DNA from: Anthoceros angustus
Taxonomy: Eukaryota > Plantae > Anthocerotophyta
Assembly (NCBI GenBank): GCA_010909165.1
Contig: MU008161.1
Location: 806,001-870,000, forward strand
Length of the DNA stretch: 64,000 bases
Direction: 5' to 3'
Shown: positions 52,555 through 64,000 of the stretch, piece after piece
Position numbering within the stretch: the first letter of the stretch is position 1
Layout: each line of letters starts with the position of its first letter
Position numbers and translations under genes: made by a program
The notes under the pieces: model-generated
Told to the model about the DNA's origin: nothing
The model's input: only the letters and a program-made list of their open reading frames with translations
The model's database searches: none

Positions 52555-53287
52555 AGGCTTGCCTGCCTGCCTGCCACAAGCACAAAACCGCGCCAGGCGA
52601 GGGGTTAAACCAAGTACCGCATTGAGCTGCTCCACTACACACCACACTGCCACACCTTCGCACACGAGCCAACCAGCAGTCACCACGCAAGACCTAACAC
52701 CATAGTCCTAACCTCCCCCCGGCGCCAGGCACACAACATGGATAGGTTTGGGCCGGCGGCAGGGGGGAGAATTGAGGCCCGGCTATCCGTTCCGCTGTTC
52801 CGTCAAGGCAAAAGAGCGGCAAGATCGGCGGCCGCGCACAACACAGCAGAACCGCAGGCCTCACCTCTTCCGCTACCTAGCTCCGCAGCGGGAGCGGGCC
52901 GTCCGTGGCGCAGGCGATCGCACGCAGCGCACCGCCCTGCTCCAAAGATGGCAGCGGCCTAGGCCCGGCCTGACCTGGGTGTGGGGCGGGCCCGGCTCCA
53001 CTCGGCCCTGCCTCTGCCTGCACACGGCGGGCAAGATCAGGGCATAAACCCTGGCCGGCCACCAACGTCCTTCCTCCTGCTGCAGCCACGCCTTGCCTCA
53101 GAGGGGCACCAGCGCTCCTCCGATCAAAAGAGGGGAGGAGGGAGGCAGCGCCGCCGGCACGACAGGGACACGGATGATAAACGCTACGATACTGATGATG
53201 CCCGCGCTCGTCTCCCGCCTACTCCTCCTGGCTGGCTCCACAGACTTGGCGGCAAACAGCAGCTCTCCTGACCATGGTCAAATAGCC
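52531..53287 (-). promoter_or_regulatory. 5' module of the GIP1-like gene, inverted homolog of 36842-37598
   Basis: Same collinear blocks as the G3BP module, in reverse complement (52531-52554, 52688-52699, 52862-52884, 52936-52950, 53026-53052, 53191-53226, 53251-53287). Confidence 0.85.
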
Positions 53288-54699
53288 CTCTTTGCTGTAC
53301 GTTCCCGGGTTATGCAAAAATCAGGCAACCATTTCCATCAGGGTGCAGTAAACTTTGTTACGCGCGTACAACTATCCTTTACCCTATTCCATGGTCTTTT
53401 TTCACACCCTGTTATGTACATACATCCTAAAGTTCATATATTTGACTTATCCAATCACTCTCATATATACCAAATCGGATCTTCAAGTCTTTTCAGAATC
53501 TCTCTTTATGGAGATCGCTATACCTAGTAAATAAAACTCTATTGAATGCTTTGTATAACTGACAGTAACTCCATTTAATATTTTTATTGACTATTATTAA
53601 GTAACAATCTCACATAAAATAATTGATGTACAACAGGCTCCACGATTGCACAAGACGAGGTGACTATTGGGTGATAGCTAGAGCTTTGAGTGTCGGGCTT
53701 CATGACAAGGTGTCCTTGGGGTGCTTGATCTTTAACTTGTAACAGAACGTCCGTGCCTACACAAAACAATGGTATCAAATAGGCTCCTCACCTATCATGA
53801 GAAACGTGAGCTTACCACTAAGGTGTAAAGCATAGAAACACAAAGACTTCACATTGCCCCACAAAGCTGCAAGAATTAGAGACTCGTATCTCTCTCTTGC
53901 GAAGCTCGTGCAACCACATACCAGTTGACCACACAAGCAGAACTCTAACACAAAGAGCTACACATCACAAGAGAAATCATGGGTGGGAGTCATGTTTACT
54001 GCTCTTCCATTACTTTATTGGTATAATGATGGGGGAGGGTTTTATAGCACCTTCTCTTCCAATAACATTACCCTTTTCAGATTTAGACAACCATCGCAAC
54101 ACGAGAATGATAGCCTTGCAGGAAAAAAAAGGTATGGAAGCAGTTGAGGTAAAAAATTAAGTTAATATAGTCCTTTTTTCTTTACAATATGATTGGTGGA
54201 TGTGCAGAGTGTATCGAATATCATAAAACAATGGACAATGAGGTCGTGTTTTGTGACAATGGACATTGTAAGACCAAATAAAAAAAACCATATTTTTCTC
54301 GATGCACCTTTTGTAGGGTATCTTCTATGATATGTCTTGGTATTTCATAAGTAGTTCATAGTTTTACACCAATTATGGAACCTCATGTACAAAACTATTT
54401 TTTCTCTTTTATTTAGATAGCAACTGACTTTATATACAAGCTGACTCTATAGGTATACCAAAATATATCCATATTTGAACCTATTTCCCCAAGTGTATTA
54501 CGGATGTACCTAGGTCAAAATGAATTCATTGCTTGGGCCATGGATGCTGCAATGCAGAAGGCCTCGAAGAAGAAGAAGTATATTTTAGTAACATGAACTG
54601 ACCGGCCTTTGCTATTTCACAGTGAAAAATGTTCTTTTGCTTGAATCCGAATTGGATCCTGCACAGTACATTCAAGAGAGCGTGCGTCCTGCCTAGCTC

Positions 54700-55450
54700 C
54701 AAGGATCGGTTGCCTTTTCAGCGTGGAGGCAGTCGGCGTACGAAGAGGGACAGATACACATCGCTCTGTTCTGGATGCCATATTCGCCATTCCGGGCTCG
54801 GTTCGGTGTTTTTTCCAGGCTTGTGATGAGACCTGGAATGGGGGCCGCCAGCCCCCCTGGCGTCCCCTTCAATGCTTGCAAGGTCGTCCTGCAATTCAAG
54901 GGCTTGGTACTGAGAACGGCCGCTGAGATCCATGCCATCGTGAGAAGTGCAACATCGATCCCAGTCAGTCGGTGCAGCGGCTGCTCGACCATTGAAGGCT
55001 ATCCTTGCTGGTCCCTGCCCCTGCCCATGCTGATGGCGCAGCCAGTCCAACATTAGTTGTTGCTGTTGAACAATTTGAACTGGCCAGAGGGTTTCCTTCT
55101 TGAATCGAGTGCACCTGCCTCTCGTTCGCTTCGCCCCGAGCTGTTCTCGGATATGCAGGTCAGGACCTGTCATGTTGTTCACTCCTGCGTCGTTCTGTTT
55201 CGTATGCCTGACCTATCTCGGCCTGATTGAATTCTCTGAATGGTTGATTTTGCCGAGGCGAAGGCATGGGATATGGCTGAGACGGGCGCAGAGGATGACG
55301 TGTTTGTAAATCGTCGCACACCTGACAGGCTGACTGGAACGACTTAATGGTTGGGAACCACGCCGGTGTTAAGACTGCTTGGGAGCTGGCTTCTTCGGAT
55401 ACGCAGCTTCGTATGCTCCTACATTCAAGTGGAGGTTAGATGATGCCGGC
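54700..55450 (+). pseudogene. Decayed partial duplicate of the GIP1-like 5' end (acceptor, exon 1, intron 1), inverted relative to the gene
   Basis: ATG at 54826 gives MRPGMGAASPPGVPFNACKVVLQFKGLVLRTAAEIHAIVR (cf. GIPSNARKVVQQLKEVVQGTDDEIYAMLR), then a frameshift to CNIDPSQSVQRLLDH. Intron-1 matches continue (tcttgaatcg, ttgccgagg, gcgcagaggatgacgtg, atggttggga). Confidence 0.85.
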
Positions 55451-55539
55451 CCTGGAGGATCGGAGGATGCGAAGTCGGGTAACTGGTGACACCGTTGTTG
55501 AACTTGGAGCAGGTCAAACTGGCTCAGGCCGTGAAGTGT

Positions 55540-56650
55540 CTGGGGGTTCTGGTGCAGGCAGACTGTGGTGTTGACAAATCTTTCATACTATCCTGAAGGA
55601 GTGTGGGGCTAAGAAGGATCTGCTTCTGGGCCGCAGTCTTCGTGCCCTCGTGGTGGGAAGGGGGTATGAGGCGGACACATTCTCGTACAACCTCATTTTT
55701 CGAGCCTCTCATGTATGCCAGGTTGGAAAAAGCGATGGATGTGTTCAGGGGTTCTCGAACCAGATGCCTTCACGTGGTCTTCCATAATTTCTGCCCATGT
55801 TAAAGTGGGACAAGCTAACCAGGCCATACAGCTGTATCATGGAATGCGCAGGTCAACTGTGAAGCCAGATGGCCATGTGTTTGTGGCAGCTACAGGCTTG
55901 GTCAAGGGGAGCAGCCTCGGGAACTGGAGAGTAGATGCATGCTGATGTGCTGGCCAGACCAGTGGTGTTGAGCCTCCTTTGTTTGTGTGTAGTTCCTTGG
56001 TGGGCATGTATGCAACGAGTGGCAGCTTGCAGGATGCACAAAGGGTAGCACCCCGTTCTGCGACATTTTTATGCCTCCTGCAGGCCTGGGGTTTTAGGGT
56101 ACTCCTGGCTTGGAGAAGGGGAAGCTGCTGCATGCACATATCAGAGAACTAGGACATGAAGCTGACTTGTCTGTAGGCAACAGTTTCATAACATGTATGC
56201 AAAGTGTGTCAGTCTCCAGGATGCTCAGAGAGTCTTCGACAGACTTGGTCAAAAAGATGCGGTGACATGGACCGCTTTGAAAGCAGGATACTATACTCCC
56301 AGCAAGGCACGGCGTCATTGACTGGTCTGATAATTGGGTGAAGAAGCCCTTCATCTTTATGGCGCTGTGCTAGCGTGCTAGCAGGAGGCACACAAATGTG
56401 CCTCCTTCAGGCCTGTCCAAGTGTAGGTATTCTGGCTTCGGGGAAATAGTTTCATCCGCAGATGGTACAGCGAGGACTTCATGTGGATGGGGTTGTAGCC
56501 TGCAGCCTTGTAAACAGGTCTATGAAGTGGAGCAGTCCTCATGATGCCCACGCCTTGTTTGACCAGCTTGCGGAAAAGGATGTGGTCCAGTTCCACACGA
56601 CAAAAAGCATCCACAGAGTAAATGCAAGGCTCGAGCAGTTTTCTACCAAA
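55540..56650 (+). pseudogene. PLS-class pentatricopeptide repeat (PPR) pseudogene
   Basis: FHTILKECGAKKDLLLGRSL.ALVVGRGYEADTF; PDAFTWSSIISAHVKVGQANQAIQLYHGMRRSTVKPDGHVFVA; FVCSSLVGMYATSGSLQDAQRV; VVACSLVN...DAHALFDQLAEKDVV. Multiple frameshifts and internal deletions. Confidence 0.88.
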
Positions 56651-57041
56651 TAAGATGTGTATCGGACGGTGCATGAAGCAGTGGGCTCCAGCTTCTGGGT
56701 TTCGGGCGAGTGCCCGGACGCTGGAGCCCACTGCTTTAGTGCGGCGTCCGCATTGTGTTTGACACACTACATATCCAGTCTGTGACCGGTGAAAGTGGAA
56801 AACTGTCCTGCCGAACTGCGAACCGCGTGTAAGGTAGCGACCACGTTGAACGCCGGGATCGGCGGCTAGCCCTCGTCTGTAGATTTTGCGGCTCGAACGA
56901 TCTCTCTGGGACGCGACGTTGTGGTGCCTGTGAGATTAGAGCAGAATGCGCCGGATGTGACTAGGGCAGGCATCCATACCAAGTCCCGCTACACAGCACC
57001 TGGGCCTGGAGCTTGGAGAGCCAGCCTCTTCCGCCTGGGCA

Positions 57042-58130
57042 ATGTTGATCCCAGGCCTGCCCGAGGAAGTTGCATTCCTGTGCTTGTTGCACGTTCCGCG
57101 CCGCTTCCATGGCCAAATGCGAGCAGTGTGCAAGCTGTGGAAGAGCGCGCTGGAAAGCGCCGACTTCTCCCGAGCTCGAGCCGAGGCGGGGCTAGCTGAG
57201 CCTTGGATTTACGCGCTGGTGAGCAGGAACCACGTCTCCTACTCCAACTCCTACTCCGCCAGCATCGCGCTGCGTGCGTTTGATCCGCAGGCGAGGAAGT
57301 GGATGGCGGCGGCAGCTCTGCCGCCGCCTCTGTCCCGTGCGGCTCAGCTGCAGGCTCAAGTCGTCAAGGGGAAGCTGGTGGTGTGCGGCGGGCGCGCGGA
57401 GGGCGTGCTACTGGACGCCGTGGCGGTGTACGATTCCGGGAGCGGCAGGTGGGGCATCGCCGCCCCGATGCGAAATGCTAGAGCGGACTTCCTGGCAGGC
57501 GTGATCGAGGATAGGCTGTATGTTCTCGGAGGTGAGCAAGAGTGCGCATCTGGTGAAGTCTCGGAGCATTTGGCCATGGAATGTTACGACGTGGGAGAGG
57601 ACGTGTGGAGCGATGCACCGGCGTTGGCGGAGGGGAGAGCAGCTTGGGCCTCGGTAAGGCCGCGCCCCGCGGTGGCTCTCGGCCACCAGCTCTTCGTTCC
57701 CTGTCGCAGTGTTCCCGATCCCGGCGCGTCGGGGCCCGTCCGAACACATCGCTTCTGTGCTGAACGGTGGGAGTGGGACACCGTCTCCTCAAACATGTTC
57801 GCACGGTGGAAGCATTTCGATCCCTTCGTGGTGCGCAACCAGCAGCTTTTCTGGCCTGTACCAGACAGCCACAATCTGGCGGGCGTTTCCGTGTATGAAA
57901 GGGGTTACGACTCCTGGCGGCTCCTCAGCGACTGTGCACTCAACAAGAACCTGTGCGCCTTGATTGATTTAGGACACTGCCTGGGAGTTGTTATGAGCAA
58001 CTCCACTGTCGGTGTTGCTCACTTCAATGCCTCGGAATTGAGGTTGAAGGTTTCGTGGTTGGCCGAGGACGATTCACTCCCCTGGTCGCCTCACGACGTT
58101 ATCCTCAGTTGCCATGTAATATGTGCCTGA
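57042..58130 (+). CDS. F-box/kelch-repeat protein (intronless ORF, 362 aa)
   Basis: F-box LIPGLPEEVAFLCLLHVPRRFHGQMRAVCKLWK; kelch repeats (GKLVVCGG..VAVYDSGSGRWG.AAPMRNARADF; DRLYVLGG..ECYDVGEDVWS). The true start may lie in an upstream exon. Confidence 0.9.
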   Translation: MLIPGLPEEVAFLCLLHVPRRFHGQMRAVCKLWKSALESADFSRARAEAGLAEPWIYALVSRNHVSYSNSYSASIALRAFDPQARKWMAAAALPPPLSRAAQLQAQVVKGKLVVCGGRAEGVLLDAVAVYDSGSGRWGIAAPMRNARADFLAGVIEDRLYVLGGEQECASGEVSEHLAMECYDVGEDVWSDAPALAEGRAAWASVRPRPAVALGHQLFVPCRSVPDPGASGPVRTHRFCAERWEWDTVSSNMFARWKHFDPFVVRNQQLFWPVPDSHNLAGVSVYERGYDSWRLLSDCALNKNLCALIDLGHCLGVVMSNSTVGVAHFNASELRLKVSWLAEDDSLPWSPHDVILSCHVICA

Positions 58131-58401
58131 AGCCGGATTTAAGAATGCACGTTCACTTGCGACAAGAGGCATCAACAGTGGAAGTATGTAGGTATGTAGT
58201 ACAAACCCGCCCTCCTGCTAGGGTTCATTTCCAAAGCGCCAATCAAGCTATAATTTACAGCCCGCTCTGAACTGAATGTCCGTTAGACAACGATACTTGT
58301 CTGGACACAACAGAAATGCGCAGAGCCGGGTGAAACAAAGTCGTCATTAGGTATCTCCCTACGTCCGGCTAATATGGTACTGTAATCGATTGACGTATGA
58401 G

Positions 58402-61400
58402 TCAATTCAAAAGAGTAAGAGGAACACGAGACTCCCTCACCACAGAGTTCTCCGCTGAAAGGTAGCTCTTTACCTCCCGACTGGTGGCATTTTCGGGATC
58501 AGCCCTTTCCGTCCTTTCCAGTTGAGGAGGCACATTCCTTTCCCGGAACTCCTGGAGAAGGCTCTCGATGCTTGGTGTGCGTAATTCATCGATAGCTGCT
58601 TGACTGGGAATGACTATGGATCTCTTCGACGGAGTGGTACACGTGGGAGAGTCATCCTGGATCAAAATGACCGTCAGTAAACATTGACAGTGACACAAAC
58701 CCCAGAACAGCCTGGTGAGGTATTGACACGAACCCATGATGTGTGTACATACCTTGTACGACTCCACCAGGTAGTAGTTTGTTTGACTCCGGATCTCCTC
58801 CAAGCTGTTGTCGTGCAAACTTTGGAGTTGAGTTGCAGCATTTGACTGGGCTGCAATGGATGTATGCAACCTTGCGCTTGACACATGCTCCAGGTCACAG
58901 GTAGCTGCCAGCCGTAAAAATGACGTTAGATTACGAGGACATTACTTGGTGAAAGAGACATGTCCACCACAGACACTTCGGATAGGGGCATACCTCCAAT
59001 GAATTCAACAATATGCGCATGACTTGTATCAACTTGAATTTGCGTTGCAGCATTGACTGCGTCAAATCGGCTGACAAGAACCTGGTTTGCGCCTAAGCCG
59101 TCCCTGTTTTGCCAAAATCGGTGATGTCAAAGGATGCCAAAGATGAAGTAAGTTTTCAGCCACGCTCGAAAGCTGCAAACGAACATACCTTACAACAGCT
59201 GCCACTTCGGGCACATGGTTCTGTTCAAGCTCTGCAACAGATCCTTGGATGGATGTCCATTGCACTTCAGCGGTTGTTGCATCCAAGACGCTGCCATTGC
59301 ATGACTTATCCCACGTCAAAGATGACTCACATAGTGACGATGTCGGTTAAGAGCAGTACATGCAAACGTCGAACGACTCTCACCAGCGCTGAAGGAGCTC
59401 TTCCATTCGACCGTGTCTTGTCGTCAGCATGGCAGCTGCTTCCTCAGCTGCATCCTCTGCTGCCTTTGAGTGCGCGTCCATGCGACTGTGTGCACCAGAT
59501 GCCACATTTCGCATCTCCAGCAATCGTCCATTATACTCTTTAGCCTCCTGTTCCGCATGTTGCCGCAAAGAACCAACCCGCTTTTGTACCTGTTAAAGGA
59601 GGAGGAAGAGGTATTTAGACAACAAGGTACGCAATACTATGCGTCGCTCAACCAGCAGTGACAGTCGTTACTCACCAAATCTGTCTGCCTGGCTTTGGAG
59701 GAGATCAGCAGCTCAGTGATACCAGCCAGTAGGTCATCATGTTCTTGCCTAGCTTGATTCTGAAAATTCAATATAGTAATAATACCTTTGTGAGAGGGAG
59801 GATCGGGGAGGAAAAGGGAAACAAGTTTACAGGAACAAGTTTCAGTGTACAGGAAGAGCTTACATCATAGGCTTCTGCCAGCTCTGCAAGCCTTTGATCA
59901 TGCTCTGTCTGACTTTCACCGATGTGGGTACTCAATTCTGCAGCTCTTTTCTCAAGGTCCTCAACCGAGCTCACAATCACTGCAGAAATGGACCTTGTTG
60001 CCTCCATACTTTTGTGAGCAGCCTGCCAAACGTTCAAATTCAAAATGAACAAAATTCAAAGACACCCGGCTGTAGACTAACTGACGATGGCTTCAGGGAG
60101 GTTTTATGTTAAAACAAACCTCACGCTGTTGTTGGGCAAATAAAGCAACCTCCTGCTGTTGCTCGAGAAGGGCTGACTGCAGACCCTTCAAAAGAACCTC
60201 CGCCTCTGCCATTGCTTCTACCAACAGCTGCAGAATCGTTGGGAATATTAAGCCGGGGCAAAGAGGCGTTGAACTCCATCAGCGAGCAAAAACAGAATCA
60301 TTTCTACTGACCTTTTCGAGAGCATCAGCATTCGAGGAAACTAAGGAACCCAGTCTTTCGAAGGTTTTACTGGAAAGTGTCGCATGACCGTTGACCACAC
60401 TGTGGACTACACCCAGTTGAGACACGTATGTTGACCTCATGGCTTGCAACTTTTCCCTTAACTCTCCTGCAGTCTAAGGTAACAGACAAATGGAGACAGG
60501 TCGGTGAATCTGTCCTTCAACTTAGGACAAAAGTCGAACGCAGATTAGGCTTGTGGAGTACCTGGTCCTTATGCGCCAAAATTGATTGAACCTGCTCCTC
60601 CATGCTCTGAAGATGCTCCTGCTGCTGTGCAACGGATCCGACTATAGTTGACCGGAGGGCGTCCACATGCGCAGACAAAGCAGATTGAAAGTTCTGCAAA
60701 ACTTGACGGTTTCCAGATTCAACTTTCTCTTTGCGTCCTGCATAAGAGTGCAGAAAGCCAGTGGGTCAGCATTTGACGACGAAGAGATCGAAGCAATGGA
60801 GGGGAGTTTTCACCAAAGGTATTTTACCAAGCTTTGCAAACAACGCGGCCACATCCTGGGCAGTAGCGTCTAACTCGGAGCGGATGCGTGCCGCCTGATC
60901 GACAAGCACATTTTCTGCAAAGCAAACAAAATGGAGCCATGAGCAATGGAACGGATCTTCATATTAGTATGCCAGTGCAGATGCAACCTAAACGCACCTG
61001 AACGCTGGTGATTTACAATGACAAAATCACGGGCTTTGATAGAGTACTGGGCTTGCTTGATGTTATCTTTAGCCTCAAGAAGAGCATCTTGAGTTTGCTC
61101 CAAGTTTCGCTGGTCAATAAGCTACATCAGGGCTGCATCCTTTGACAAAAGGAGAAGGCAAGCATAGGTGATTGCAGATCACATCGGATGCATGCCATTA
61201 ATGAGGTACCTGTGTTGCTTCCAGCTTTGAAGCCAGTTCTCCGCAGATCTTCCTCTGATTATCTAGAAGGTCTTGGGTTTCATCCAGTTGCTGCGAACAC
61301 ATCAAAATCCAGTGAACCCTGTGGCTTTGGCCATGCGCATGCTACCCACACTACTCCAGCTAGAAGTTGCACTAACCTTGTCCCTTGAATCTAGCTCAAA

Positions 61401-63615
61401 TTCCAACTGCTCAATTTTCTCTGTCATAGCCTGTGGAATCAACAGTTTTAAGACACAGCCCTGCTGCTGTCGCATGGCAAGAAAATTACTCCCGAGGCAA
61501 CAGACGCTTAGAATATACCTTCTTATCAGCTTCATCTTGAAGAAATCGCTCACGGGGCATATAAATTCCATTCTTCTCACGGGCAGCAAAGACCTCTGCA
61601 GGTCAACAGCGGACGTTTGAGCTTTCGGACAAGAGAGCCATCCCTGTAGGGAGGAGGACGGCAAGAAACTAGGTCAGGTTGGGCCTTGACTGAAGACCTT
61701 GACTGACCTGATTTGAGCCGTTCAATTTCCCCGTATAGGTCCTTGATGAGAGCAGATTTCATCATCTTTTGATTCACCTGCAACCCAACGGTGTTTAGAT
61801 AACAGCTTCCTCCATTAAAAAATTGGGGACAGGAAAACAAGTCAAGGTGAATGAACCACTGCTGTACCTCTGGTTTATTCCTGATGTTCTTTGCCCGATG
61901 TGCATAGTCTAGTGTGCTTAAAGTCTCATCCAAACAGTGAACAGAAGGTGACACAGTTGCAATGATACAAGTTTTCGTCCTCCCTCCAAGAGAATCCCGT
62001 AAGAGTCTTGTCAGCTTACTGTCCCTGAGAAAGAGAACCCACTTTATGAGCATAGGGCAGAGGCCGATAACCAGAATATGCAGGCTTGCAGGATGATCCT
62101 ACCTGTAAGGAATATGGCCCAGATGCTCAACAAGTGCTGTAATGACACGACCAAGTGTCAGAAGGCTCTTATTGATCTCCCCTGCTTCCCTTGCCCGACC
62201 CTATGAAAGGAACAGATGTTTTATTAGATGGAACCAGAGAGGTTGGGAAAATGCACCGACTCGAAGGGACAAATCGACTGCTCACCTCCCTAGCACCCGA
62301 TCGAGAGATGTTCTCTGAGCCTGCCAGGTCCACCAGGTTGAGCTTTCCACATTTAATGAGCTCTTCTCCTTCTGGTGTAGCTTCCTTGATATGGATGGTT
62401 ATGGAGAATATGGAATGAGAGCGACTGCAACAGAGCAGTTGATGAGAAGCAATTGCAAGCAGTCATAGTTCTGTGTGAGCTGCATGTACGCTGTGGTCAG
62501 TACCTGGATTGTTTATTGAGCAGTGTCTCTGCAGTACGCCGCTTTGCTGATCCCCGATCCAGGAGGCTGTAGATCTCATTCGCACTGGTGACAATCTCCT
62601 CCTCTAAGCCCCTGACAAGCACACCCCCTTTCCCGTCTTCCATCAAGGCGAGTGGCTTCTTTTGCTTGTCATCCAGCACTTTGGAGAACTCTTCAGGTGC
62701 GAGCAAGTCTGTTATCTCCTCGTTGTATAGCTCTAGGAACGTCACTTTAACACTGTACTCAGCATTCTGACTTTCTAGAGTATCGAAAATCTGTTGAACA
62801 GATCTTGGAATGACACCAGCGTCCACTGGGAGCTCCCCTTGCTGCCAAACACAGAGCACACATCAGTCACGCCCTTGCACAACAACACTGCGTAACTTGG
62901 ACAGAGAGCACCACTAGCATCAAGATGGAGTAGATGCTCTTCAGGGAACACAGCAATGCCCTTCAGTGCAAGGGGACTGCAGAAGCTCAACAGTCACCTT
63001 AGCTTTCCGGCCTGCGCCTTCCATGGTGTACGTCTTTCCGGTGCCTGTCTGGCCATAGGCGAATATGGTACAATTGAATCCTTCCAGCACTTCGTTCACA
63101 ATTGGCACCACGGCTTGGTCAAACAGGTCCTTTTGCAACGAATTGGGCCCGAAAACCTGGAATGTGCCATGCAAATGTGAGAAGACAAATTGGCGGCAAG
63201 AGCTGAGGGCAACATCCCGGACAGATATTGGCATCGATGTACGATCCAGCGAAGGTATTAAGCAAATGCGTCGGACCAAGCTCCCCGACACCGTTACGGC
63301 TCAGGGGAGGAAACCATACCTTGTCAAAAGTGAATGTCCTATCAATCTGCTTGCTTGCAATGTTCTGGCACACGGTGACCTCCCTCTTCTGCTCATAGCA
63401 AGAAATGACCTGGGGAGCATTGGCCCTGATCTCCTCCTCATTGAATGGTCTGCATTATACCACCCGAACCAGCGAATGAGGCAAAACAGCGCAGCAGCCG
63501 GAACAAGAGCGAGAAGCAAGGCGCAGAGCGGCAGAGCGGCCCCCCACCTGCATCGCAGCAGCACCTGCACATTGACACCCCTGTCCTTCTCCTTGGTGTC
63601 AAACCGACTGGCCAT
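58402..63615 (-). CDS. KIN5: Kinesin-5 (BimC/Eg5 family, KRP125-like), multi-exon
   Basis: [11 protein letters not shown]|PFNEEE; RTFTFDK|VFGP; [25 protein letters not shown]; [17 protein letters not shown]; [14 protein letters not shown]|SRSH; [19 protein letters not shown]; [27 protein letters not shown]; coiled-coil stalk; tail [24 protein letters not shown]. Confidence 0.96.
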
Positions 63616-64000
63616 GGTCCTGGTCGGACCCGGGAACAGCTCCACGTCTTCCCCCCGCCGGACCAGCCCCTCGGACATGAGGGAGCCTAAACTCGTCTTG
63701 AATCTTGCTCTGCTACTTCACCACCTGGGGCTCGGGCTTCCGCGATCTCCTAGATCCAGCACCGCATCGCATCCCGTCCAGCTCCCGCCTCCAGATCCGC
63801 CGCTTCCAGGACGCAGAGCGCACGCAGGCGCAGACTGGCGAGGGGGCAGGGGAGCAGGCAGCCGAGCAGAGGCGGGCGGAGGAGAGGCAGCGCAGCGCGG
63901 CGCAGTTCGCAGAGAGAGGGCAAGCGGGGCGATGGATCCAGCAACCCCTGCGGCCCGATTTGGAGCAGCTCCGAGAATCGCTCCAAACGGTCCGGGCCGG

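Noticed and set aside
36842-53287. The shared inverted module as the TIRs of a giant Pack-MULE
   Set aside because: No target-site duplication is evident, the module contains an intron and start codons, and the enclosed genes are complete, conserved multi-exon genes rather than captured fragments.
53765-53780. TGGTATCAAA as a retrotransposon primer-binding site
   Set aside because: Only a partial match, with no flanking LTR pair or gag-pol sequence.
63980-63992. MSA-like AACGG element upstream of kinesin-5
   Set aside because: A single 5-bp core at the window edge is not enough evidence.

Overview
Eukaryotic nuclear DNA from a land plant. Short GT-AG introns, PLS-class PPR remnants and an SLF2-type NSE6 candidate point to a seed-free lineage, but the species cannot be fixed from sequence alone. 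The ORF track mostly shows exon fragments and GC-rich shadow ORFs. Eight apparently functional genes can be assembled: UFL1 (+), FORGETTER1/strawberry-notch (+), an RHF2A-like RING E3 (-), a G3BP-type NTF2-RRM-RGG gene (+), an intronless SLF2/NSE6-like gene (-), a GIP1/DUF1296 UBA-like gene (-, with one apparent 1-nt frameshift), an F-box/kelch gene (+) and a kinesin-5 (-). They lie among decayed Copia and PIF/Harbinger elements, an intron-containing RPT2 pseudogene, a PPR pseudogene and many tandem repeats. The most striking observation is that the unrelated G3BP and GIP1-like genes share an inverted, collinear ~757-bp 5' module (36842-37598 + vs 52531-53287 -). It covers upstream sequence, leader exon, leader intron and the first 8 codons (MAGPGSGA, with only synonymous differences). 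Near-identical blocks in it include a conserved ATG-CCC-TGA minimal uORF and tandem splice donors. A further decayed copy of the GIP1 5' end sits head-to-head at about 54.7-55.45 kb and runs into the PPR remnant. No tRNA, rRNA or CRISPR array was found. Gene boundaries were read by eye from splice signals and from recalled homolog sequences; no database search was run.
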